Shown: positions 1 to 7,184 of the stretch, piece by piece | Layout: every line of letters begins with the position of its first letter | Numbering within the stretch: the first letter of the stretch is position 1 | Assembly: GCA_028686985.1 (NCBI GenBank) | Contig: JAQUBA010000002.1 | Coordinates: forward strand, 20,745 to 84,744 | Direction of reading: 5' to 3' | DNA length: 64,000 nucleotides | Source: Candidatus Iainarchaeum sp. | Lineage (GTDB): Archaea > Micrarchaeota > Micrarchaeia > Anstonellales > Bilamarchaeaceae | Made by a program: the position numbers and the translations under genes | Notes under the pieces: model-generated | What the model was told of the DNA's origin: nothing | The model's database searches: none | What the model saw: only the letters and a program-made list of their open reading frames with translations

Positions 1-222
1 GGAACGGGAATAATGATATCCTATAATCCGGGTACGGCTTGAAGGACGCGGACGTGAAATAGTACACCCTCTTGTCCTTGTTCTCCGCCTTGTCCCTCTT
101 GCTCCCCGGGGTGAATATGTACACCTCGTGCCCCCGCTTCTCCAGTTCCGCCCTGTACGCGAGGAGGAAGGTCACCACGCCGTCCACGTTCGGGAGGTAC
201 GTGTCAGTAAAATATGCTATCT

Positions 223-1062
223 TCATATGCCTACCAGGGATTCCACTTTTCTCTTTATGGAAACCTCAGAGACCGGGGACGGTACCGAATCCGAAACAAA
301 AACATCCCCAAGCGCCCCCAATTTCTGGAGCGAATCCTTCAGGAAAAACCCGTGCGTCGCAGCAAACGCAATCTTCTTCGCCCCTTTTTGCTTCAGGGTT
401 TCCGCCGCCCTTATCATGGTGGAGCCGGTTGAAATCATGTCGTCAAGGATGAGCACGTCCTTTCCCTTTATCTCAAAGTCCGCCCTTATCCCCTCTATTC
501 TTCGGTAGGCTTCCCCACCTTCCTGGTATTCCCCGCGGACCTTCTCCATGCTCTTGCCGCCGCTCCTTTCCACGAGATAACTTGCTCCCAGGTCCGGGCT
601 CACTATCTCAAACCCGTCCCCGAACTTCCCCTTCGCCCTCTCTATAAGCTCAGCGCCCATGGACAAGCTGGCTATCTTCAGCCCCCCGTATTCCGCCTCG
701 CCCGCCTTCTTCATGAAATGGCAGTCAAAGGTTATGAGGCGGTCCGCGCCCGCCCACTTGAGCATCTCGCACACGTATTCCGCGCTCTTCGCCTCGCCCT
801 CCTTGAAGATTTTGTCCTGCCTTGAGTAGGGGAGGTAAGGGGCGACCAATGCCGTGCGGTAGCCCTTCTCCTTGAGCGTCCTGAGCATGAGCACTGCCTG
901 CATCAGCGCCTTGTCCTGCTCCGGGTACAATCTGTGCAGCAGGAACACGGGGCCGTCCGCCTTCAAATCCACCAGGCGCACATAGTCGTCCCCGTCCGGG
1001 AACTGCTTCATCTCTATGTTCGGCTCATACAAATCCGAACAGTTGGGAGAAACGAACCTCAT
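223..1062 (-). CDS. prs: Ribose-phosphate pyrophosphokinase (PRPP synthetase), archaeal class III-like; N-terminus looks short
   Basis: 279-aa ORF with PRPP-binding loop VLILDDMISTGSTMIRAAETLKQKGAKKI, RFPDGD-like motif KQFPDGDDYVRL and VAPYLPYSRQDK divalent-cation site. Confidence 0.85.
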   Translation of the reverse strand: MRFVSPNCSDLYEPNIEMKQFPDGDDYVRLVDLKADGPVFLLHRLYPEQDKALMQAVLMLRTLKEKGYRTALVAPYLPYSRQDKIFKEGEAKSAEYVCEMLKWAGADRLITFDCHFMKKAGEAEYGGLKIASLSMGAELIERAKGKFGDGFEIVSPDLGASYLVERSGGKSMEKVRGEYQEGGEAYRRIEGIRADFEIKGKDVLILDDMISTGSTMIRAAETLKQKGAKKIAFAATHGFFLKDSLQKLGALGDVFVSDSVPSPVSEVSIKRKVESLVGI

Positions 1063-1104
1063 GTATTCACGTTATCCGGAACGTTTTTTAAGCCCGTCCA
1101 GCGC

Positions 1105-1545
1105 TCAGACCAGCTCTTCCGGCTTGAAAACCCTCTCGCAGTATCCGCACCTGTACTTCTGCCCCTCCAGACTGAACTTCCCAGGGGTTTTCTCCTGCGC
1201 GGTTATGCAGTTGGGGTTCGGGCACTTCCCGGTACCCTGCAGCTCCCCGGGAAGCTCGGCCTGCTTCTTCTCCACCACCTTCCCGTCCTTAACCAAATCA
1301 ACGGTAGCGCGGGGGGAGACCAGCGCAATCGCGTCCGTTTTCTCTTTAGAGATGAGTATGCCCTCCACTTTCAATATGTCCTTCTTCCCCATCTTCTGGG
1401 AAGGGACATTCATTACAAGAGCAACGCGGTTCCCGCTCTTTTCGTCTATCCCAAGGATGTCCAGGACCTTCTTCCCCATCCCTGCCTTTATGTGGTCCAC
1501 GACCGTCCCGTGCTCAATAATATCAACCTTCAGCATCCATACCAC
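1105..1545 (-). CDS. pyrI: Aspartate carbamoyltransferase regulatory subunit
   Basis: 146 aa, N-terminal LKVDIIEHGTVVDHI and C-terminal Zn domain CPNPNC...CGYC; starts 2 nt after pyrB stop (operon). Confidence 0.85.
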   Translation of the reverse strand: MVWMLKVDIIEHGTVVDHIKAGMGKKVLDILGIDEKSGNRVALVMNVPSQKMGKKDILKVEGILISKEKTDAIALVSPRATVDLVKDGKVVEKKQAELPGELQGTGKCPNPNCITAQEKTPGKFSLEGQKYRCGYCERVFKPEELV

Positions 1546-1546
1546 C

Positions 1547-2473
1547 TCATGCGCCCTCCAGGAGCATCTTAATGCACGCCATCCTCACCGGAATCCCGTT
1601 CCTCGCCTGCTCAAAATACTTCGCCTGCGGCATCGCGTCCACATCCGGCGGAATCTCGTCTATTTTAGGAAGCGGATGCATTATGACCAGGTCCTTCTTC
1701 CCGTTCTTTATGTAGTCCGCGGAGATGGTGAACTCCTTCTTCACCTTAGCCGCCTCGTACTTGTCCGCGAACCGCTCCTCCTGCACCCTGCACACATACA
1801 GCACGTCCGCGTCCTTCAGGTCTATGGAGCCCCTGCTCTCCATCTTGAAATTGAATTTCTTCTCAGCCTCGTGGATTATGTGCTCCTCCAGCTCCAGCCC
1901 CTTCGGCGCGACCATCGTGACCTTCGCCCCGAACATCCCCAGGCCGTACACGAGGGAGTGCATCGTCCGCGCGTGCTTCAAATCCCCGACGAGATGAACG
2001 TTCAGCCCCGCAATCTTCCCCTTCAGTTTCCTAATCGTGTAAAGGTCCAGAAGCGTCTGCGTCGGGTGCTGGTTCGCCCCGTCCCCCCCGTTCAGCACCG
2101 GCGCCTCGGCCACTTCGGCCGCCATCCTCGCGGCCCCTTCCGCAGGGTGCCTCATCGCAATCACATCACAGTACCCGTCAACCGTCCTTATCGTATCCGT
2201 AAAGGACTCCCCCTTCTTCAGGGAGCTCCGGTCCGCAAGGAAATCCACCACCTGCAGCCCCAGCCTTTCCGCAGATGATTGGAACGATAATTTAGTTCTG
2301 GTAGAGGGCTCAAAAAACAGCGTCGCCATTATGCCCTCCAGCTTCTCCACCTTCTTCCTTTCAAGCTGGTGGTCCATGTCCTCGGCAATCCCAAAAATCT
2401 TTTCCACTGTCCCCTTATCCAGGTCTCTGAACGATATCAAGTCCATTCCAAAACCCCCTACAATTAGATGCAT
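1547..2473 (-). CDS. pyrB: Aspartate carbamoyltransferase catalytic subunit
   Basis: 308 aa with STRTKLSFQSSAERLG carbamoyl-phosphate motif and HPTQTLLDLYTI; directly upstream of pyrI. Confidence 0.9.
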   Translation of the reverse strand: MHLIVGGFGMDLISFRDLDKGTVEKIFGIAEDMDHQLERKKVEKLEGIMATLFFEPSTRTKLSFQSSAERLGLQVVDFLADRSSLKKGESFTDTIRTVDGYCDVIAMRHPAEGAARMAAEVAEAPVLNGGDGANQHPTQTLLDLYTIRKLKGKIAGLNVHLVGDLKHARTMHSLVYGLGMFGAKVTMVAPKGLELEEHIIHEAEKKFNFKMESRGSIDLKDADVLYVCRVQEERFADKYEAAKVKKEFTISADYIKNGKKDLVIMHPLPKIDEIPPDVDAMPQAKYFEQARNGIPVRMACIKMLLEGA

Positions 2474-2503
2474 ATAATGTATGTATAAATATAAAAAGAT
2501 GCG

Positions 2504-2788
2504 CTACTCCTCCGCTTTCTTCACCGTCTTCTTCTTCGCGCTTATCTCCTTCCCGCCCGCGAAGATGCAAAAATCCACCTGCACTTCGGTCCCCTTCCCT
2601 CCCATGACTATCTTCTGCACAATCTGCACGTTCTTAGGAGGTGGAAGCTTGTCCGCCTTTGCCCAGTCGCACACCTGCGCCCAGAGGTTCTTGTAGTTCG
2701 CATGGACGGAATCAGATGCGAACGCTTCGGCGAAATTCTCCGCCATCACCTTCCATTTCTCTTCCATCGCCATTTCCTCATACCGCAT
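2504..2788 (-). CDS. Small hypothetical protein co-directional and immediately upstream of pyrB (start uncertain)
   Basis: ORF 2504..2863; likely start at Met of MRYEEMAMEEKWK; lysine-rich C-terminus; no recognisable family. Confidence 0.35.
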   Translation of the reverse strand: MRYEEMAMEEKWKVMAENFAEAFASDSVHANYKNLWAQVCDWAKADKLPPPKNVQIVQKIVMGGKGTEVQVDFCIFAGGKEISAKKKTVKKAEE

Positions 2789-2819
2789 GTTTTTAATCCT
2801 ATTATACAAATCCGCACAT

Positions 2820-3380
2820 ATGTTCGTGGTGGTGGAGGGCATAGACGGTTCAGGCAAGGACACCCAGATAGACCTCCTGCGAAAAGAGATGGAATTCTCC
2901 TATTTCAAGCACCCCACGCAGACCTTCCCCACGATGAGGGAATATCTTGATGGAAAGCTCCTCCTTGAGCCGAAGGCCCTATTCATGCTCTTCCTCTCGG
3001 ACATCGCCAACACCCAGCGCAGCATAGCGAACTCAAGCGGGATGACGATAGTGGACAGGTACGTATTCTCCACAATAGCGTATGAGATAGAGGGGATCTC
3101 ATACTACGGCGCAAAATCCATCGTTGAGACCGTGGGCTATTTCGCCCCGGACAAGGTGATACTCTTTGACATACCCGCATCCCTCGCAACCGAGAGGAAA
3201 AGGGCCCAGAAAAGCCCGGACAGGTACGAGAGCAACCCCGGATACCTGGAAAGGGTGCGCGAGCGCTTCATCCAATTGGCCGAGGACAAGTTCATGACGC
3301 CAAACTGGACCATAATAGACGCCTCAAAAAGCGTGGATGAGGTCCATAGGGATTTTGTAAACGCGCTCAGGCCTCGGTGA
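2820..3380 (+). CDS. tmk: Thymidylate kinase
   Basis: P-loop VVVEGIDGSGKDTQ at N-terminus, DRY(VF) motif (DRYVFS), ~186 aa; start chosen at MFVVVEG. Confidence 0.85.
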   Translation: MFVVVEGIDGSGKDTQIDLLRKEMEFSYFKHPTQTFPTMREYLDGKLLLEPKALFMLFLSDIANTQRSIANSSGMTIVDRYVFSTIAYEIEGISYYGAKSIVETVGYFAPDKVILFDIPASLATERKRAQKSPDRYESNPGYLERVRERFIQLAEDKFMTPNWTIIDASKSVDEVHRDFVNALRPR

Positions 3381-3451
3381 TTCCAGGCAGCCGCAGTAGT
3401 TTATTAAAAATGTATGGCGGCTCTTATACTTCACTGATTTGAGAATCAGAC

Positions 3452-3526
3452 GCTCCCATCGTCTAGACCGGTCAAGGATGCTGGCCTTTCAAGCCAGTGG
3501 CCCGGGTTCAAATCCCGGTGGGAGCA
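3452..3526 (+). tRNA. tRNA-Glu (anticodon TTC)
   Basis: Cloverleaf: acceptor GCTCCCA/TGGGAGC, anticodon arm CTGGC-CTTTCAA-GCCAG, T-arm CCGGG-TTCAAAT-CCCGG; no encoded CCA; TA-rich stretch gtttattaaaaatg ~40 bp upstream. Confidence 0.8.
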
Positions 3527-3532
3527 ATCATT

Positions 3533-4189
3533 TTATTCTACAAATTTTTCTGCTAATTCTAATACCTTTTCTCTTGATAGGCAATGGTTTGGATCATCTT
3601 CGCTAGATTCGTAAGATTGAACACTCACTAAAAAAAGATTGCCCTTATCAATAAACTCAACGGTCCAAATACCAGGAGCTCCATAAATTATTGCATCATC
3701 TTTAAAATCTACATTTTCATATTCAAGGGATAATTGTTCCCGTCTATAATTAAGATCTGATTTACCATAATCTACTCCAAACCAAATGATAGTTCTGATT
3801 CCTTCAGAGTCATTTGATAATTTGTATAGACAAGTAGTTTCATCAACTGGCACTCGAGTACCATTAATTATTTCATAAAGTTCAAAGCTAATATAGATAT
3901 TACCAGTGCAATTTGTATTATTTGAATTTTGCAGTCTGTTATCGATAATATCAATCTCTCTAACCTGATTATCGCACATACGTTCAATATCTTCGACACT
4001 CAGCTTGCAGATTTCTGAAGTTTTATTCCTAGATTGCATAAAGGACTCTTCAACGTTACTCATTTCAGATATGTCATCAAATCTCGAAGCGTTTTTTTCA
4101 ACCGAAATGGGTCCGCCAATGCATCCAAGCGTAAAGTAGACCAATAGAATTATGATTATCAAATATTTCATAAGCCTCTCACTAATCAA
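3533..4189 (-). CDS. Hypothetical secreted/membrane-anchored protein, low-GC, rich in N-x-S/T sequons
   Basis: 218 aa; N-terminal hydrophobic signal (YLIIIILLVYFTLGCIGG); many NxS/T sites (NAS, NKT, NNT, NCT, NGT, NDS); AT-rich codon usage unlike neighbours. Confidence 0.55.
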   Translation of the reverse strand: MISERLMKYLIIIILLVYFTLGCIGGPISVEKNASRFDDISEMSNVEESFMQSRNKTSEICKLSVEDIERMCDNQVREIDIIDNRLQNSNNTNCTGNIYISFELYEIINGTRVPVDETTCLYKLSNDSEGIRTIIWFGVDYGKSDLNYRREQLSLEYENVDFKDDAIIYGAPGIWTVEFIDKGNLFLVSVQSYESSEDDPNHCLSREKVLELAEKFVE

Positions 4190-4379
4190 TACTTAAATAG
4201 GTTTAAATGGCATACGTTCTTTTGCATTATTGAGAAGATCATATTTAGCCAATTGTAATAGAAAAATGTAAACGCTTATTCCGCCAACTTCGCAGAAAAA
4301 TCCGAAAATTCCTGCTGTCTGGTCCATATACGGTGGTTTCCAGCTTCATTTTTATACCCTTCTATACCTAAGTATACCT

Positions 4380-4601
4380 ATGTATACTACAATAAAGATT
4401 TCAACCCAGACCAAAGAAGTCCTTGACACCATGAAGATAGTGGATGGGGAGACATACGAGCAGATAATAGAGGACCTTATAGAAGATCATCTATCCCTAA
4501 ACCCACAATTCAAGAAAGACCTGGAGGCTTCCCGCAAGGAATACCGGCAGGGAAAGACAGTGAGCTTCTCCGCGATAAAGGCAAAGCTGAAGAGTGAATA
4601 G
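4380..4601 (+). CDS. relB: RelB/DinJ-like antitoxin (small acidic DNA-binding partner of RelE)
   Basis: 73 aa, immediately precedes RelE-like ORF with stop/start juxtaposition (TAG-ATG). Confidence 0.55.
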   Translation: MYTTIKISTQTKEVLDTMKIVDGETYEQIIEDLIEDHLSLNPQFKKDLEASRKEYRQGKTVSFSAIKAKLKSE

Positions 4602-4850
4602 ATGTACGAAATAGTCTTCACCAAAAAGGCGGAGAAGGATTTCGATTCGCTAGACCACGGGATGAAGCGGCGGGTTGTGCAGGTTCTTGAAAGGATCAGG
4701 CTGGACCCGGAGCCATTCCTCAAAAGGCTATCCGGCACCGATTCCTACCGGCTGAGGGTTGGCGACTACCGCGTAATAATCGATTTGGAGGAAGCAAAAA
4801 AGGAATTGGTGGTGCTAAGAATAGGGCATCGGAAGAACGTCTACGGCTAA
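4602..4850 (+). CDS. relE: RelE/ParE-family toxin (mRNA interferase)
   Basis: 82 aa; conserved RelE pattern YRLRVGDYRVIIDLEEAKKELVVLRIGHRKNVYG. Confidence 0.7.
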   Translation: MYEIVFTKKAEKDFDSLDHGMKRRVVQVLERIRLDPEPFLKRLSGTDSYRLRVGDYRVIIDLEEAKKELVVLRIGHRKNVYG

Positions 4851-4852
4851 CC

Positions 4853-5053
4853 CTACCCCTCGTTCTCCTCCTCCTGCTCCTCCTCGTCGGGGCGCAGCTT
4901 CACCATCATCTCACCGCAGCAAGCAGGAATCTCTATTTCATCCTTGCAGACGACGCACGTGAGCTTGTTCCCCTCGCGCTCCATCTCCTCGTCGCAGCAG
5001 TTGTCGTCCACATCGTATTTCTTGCCGCACTTGGGGCATTCGTACGTTGACAT
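4853..5053 (-). CDS. Small zinc-ribbon protein with acidic C-terminal tail
   Basis: 66 aa; CPKCG...CVVCKDE...CCGE cysteine pairs; tail EEEQEEENEG. Confidence 0.4.
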   Translation of the reverse strand: MSTYECPKCGKKYDVDDNCCDEEMEREGNKLTCVVCKDEIEIPACCGEMMVKLRPDEEEQEEENEG

Positions 5054-5088
5054 GAGGGGCAGTTAGGCAGGAAACAATAAATAGATGC

Positions 5089-6057
5089 CTATTCCCTCCC
5101 AACCACGCCCATTTGTGCGAGGAGCGCCTCCACCTGTATCCTCTCGTTCGCCCCTTCCACCAATCTAAAATTGTACTCCCCAATCCTGTCCACCAAATAG
5201 ATTTTCCTCTTCTCCGGGATATCCAGGTTGGCGACTTCCCTGTAAAGCTGCAATATCACATCTTCCCCGGAAAGCCCGTACTCCATCATGAGCACGTTCA
5301 GCTTCTCCCGTGCGGCGGTAAAGCTCCCTTTGAGCGCAAGGTCGGCCATCTCCCTTATCTCCTTCGGACGCGCACGGGCGGAAATCTTATACACGACATC
5401 AGGCGTTATTTTTTTGGAGTGTATGGAGGCGCCCTGGAGCATGTTTATCGCCTTCCTCATGTCCCCCTCGGATACGTAGAAGATTGCATCAAACGCATCC
5501 TTCCCCACATCCAATTTCTCGCTCGCCGCCACCTTTTCCAGCATCTTGCGCACGTCCGCCTCTTTCAATGGAACAAAACGGAAGATTGCGCACCTGCTCT
5601 GTATCGGCTCTATAATCTTGGATGAATAGTTGCAGGAGAGTATGAACCTCGTCTGCCCGGAATAGATCTCCATCGTCCTGCGCAGCGCATGCTGCGCCTC
5701 CGGGGTGAGCGCGTCCGCCTCGTCAAGGAACACTATCTTGAAGGGAATGTCCCTGAGGGAAACGCTCCTCGCGAAATCCTTTATCTTGCCTCGCACTATG
5801 TCTATCCCCCTCTCGTCCGAGGCATTCAATTCCAAAATCTTCCCTTCCAGCTCGTTCCCGTACAATTCGTGCGCAAGCGCCAGCGTCGCCGTGGTCTTCC
5901 CCACGCCGGGCGGCCCCGCAAACAGCAGATTGGGCATGTCCTTCTTCTGGGCGAACGCCTCCAGCGTCCTCATGTTGTTCTCCTGGCCCGCCACATCCGC
6001 AAGCCTTTTCGGGCGGTATTTCTCGGTCCAGGGAAGAAGCGCATCAGCCATCAGCAT
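5089..6057 (-). CDS. rfcS: Replication factor C small subunit (clamp loader)
   Basis: 322 aa; Walker A LLFAGPPGVGKTTATLALAHELYG, DEAD box VFLDEADALT, SRC-like motif PIQSRCAIFRF. Confidence 0.9.
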   Translation of the reverse strand: MLMADALLPWTEKYRPKRLADVAGQENNMRTLEAFAQKKDMPNLLFAGPPGVGKTTATLALAHELYGNELEGKILELNASDERGIDIVRGKIKDFARSVSLRDIPFKIVFLDEADALTPEAQHALRRTMEIYSGQTRFILSCNYSSKIIEPIQSRCAIFRFVPLKEADVRKMLEKVAASEKLDVGKDAFDAIFYVSEGDMRKAINMLQGASIHSKKITPDVVYKISARARPKEIREMADLALKGSFTAAREKLNVLMMEYGLSGEDVILQLYREVANLDIPEKRKIYLVDRIGEYNFRLVEGANERIQVEALLAQMGVVGRE

Positions 6058-6125
6058 AACCCCGTAGTGGATTTAAGGACACAGTAATTTAAACGTTTCC
6101 AGCCGAATACGATAGAAGTGGTCAC

Positions 6126-6812
6126 ATGGACAGGGTAAAGACCGGAATAGCAGGCATGGATGAACTTCTCAACGGAGGGATACCGCTCCACAGGCACGTG
6201 GCGGTCTACGGCGGCCCCGGCGCGGGCAAGTCATCCCTCTGCTTTGAATACCTGTACAGGGGCGTGGAGATGGGGGAGAACGGACTCTACATCTCGCTGG
6301 AGGAGACGCCCGACGACTTCCTCGCCAACATGTCCGGCGCATTCTCAGGCTTCAAGGACGTGGAGAAGATGGTGAAGAAGGGCGACCTGGCGATTGTCAA
6401 GCCGGACAAGCTGGACCTTGAGACCGTGGCGGAGCTCCTTGAGGAGAGCATAACCAAGAGCGACGTGCGCCGAGCGGTGATAGACTCCGCGACCATGATA
6501 AGGATGTCGTTCAAGGACATCGCCGACTACAGGCAGACAATCTTTGAGTTCTTCTCCCTGCTCAGGAACCTGGACTGCACCGCACTCATGACCGTGGAGG
6601 CGCCTGCACAGGACCTCGCAGCAACGGGCTTTGAGATTGAGCATTTCGTCATGGACGGCATAATCAACCTCTACAACCTCGGCAAGGCGGAGACCCGCAT
6701 AAAGGCCGTGGAGGTGTACAAGATGAGGGGCACGGACCACGTGAGGGACAAGGTCCCGTACAGGATAACCCCCGACGGCATAAAGATCTACGTTGGGGAG
6801 AAGGTATTCTGA
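6126..6812 (+). CDS. KaiC-like RecA-superfamily ATPase (single domain; ArlH/FlaH-like or RadA paralog)
   Basis: 228 aa; GIAGMDELLNGGIP...VYGGPGAGKSSLCFEY Walker A, C-terminal KaiC-type motif VYKMRGTDHV; no archaellum genes nearby. Confidence 0.65.
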   Translation: MDRVKTGIAGMDELLNGGIPLHRHVAVYGGPGAGKSSLCFEYLYRGVEMGENGLYISLEETPDDFLANMSGAFSGFKDVEKMVKKGDLAIVKPDKLDLETVAELLEESITKSDVRRAVIDSATMIRMSFKDIADYRQTIFEFFSLLRNLDCTALMTVEAPAQDLAATGFEIEHFVMDGIINLYNLGKAETRIKAVEVYKMRGTDHVRDKVPYRITPDGIKIYVGEKVF

Positions 6813-6821
6813 GTTGAACAC

Positions 6822-7172
6822 ATGGACAGCAAGCAGCGCGAGGCGGTTTTCGCATTCTTCCTCTGCATCCTGTTTGCAGCCCTCATGGTGTTCCTGAACC
6901 TGTTCGGGCTGAAGGCGCAGCCGCTCTTCAGCTTCCTCGCGCTCCTTTCCGCCGCGTTGCTCGGCTACCTGATCTCCCTCAAGGGGGGGGACGTGGGGCT
7001 GAAGCCCCTCCATGCGGCGATGCTGCTCCTGCTCGCGCTGTTCGCCGCCTCGCTCAAGTCCGAGCTCGGCGTATTCATACTCCCCACGGTCGCGATACCG
7101 GTCGCCGTGGTGCTGCTGATGTCGCTCCTGGGGCCGCTCAGGGCGTCTCTTTTCGTGAGGAAGAAGGAATAG
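6822..7172 (+). CDS. Hypothetical integral membrane protein
   Basis: 116 aa with 3-4 predicted TM helices. Confidence 0.4.
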   Translation: MDSKQREAVFAFFLCILFAALMVFLNLFGLKAQPLFSFLALLSAALLGYLISLKGGDVGLKPLHAAMLLLLALFAASLKSELGVFILPTVAIPVAVVLLMSLLGPLRASLFVRKKE

Positions 7173-7184
7173 GAAGTGCTTTGA

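Noticed and set aside
2504-2863. Full 119-aa extent of the minus ORF upstream of pyrB
   Set aside because: The first 25 codons would overlap the tmk start region on the other strand. A shorter CDS from MRYEEM was preferred.
3527-4851. Search for a direct repeat of the tRNA-Glu 3' end marking an integration boundary
   Set aside because: No convincing copy of the TTCAAATCCCGGTGGGAGCA segment was found by eye downstream. The island hypothesis rests on composition and gene content only.
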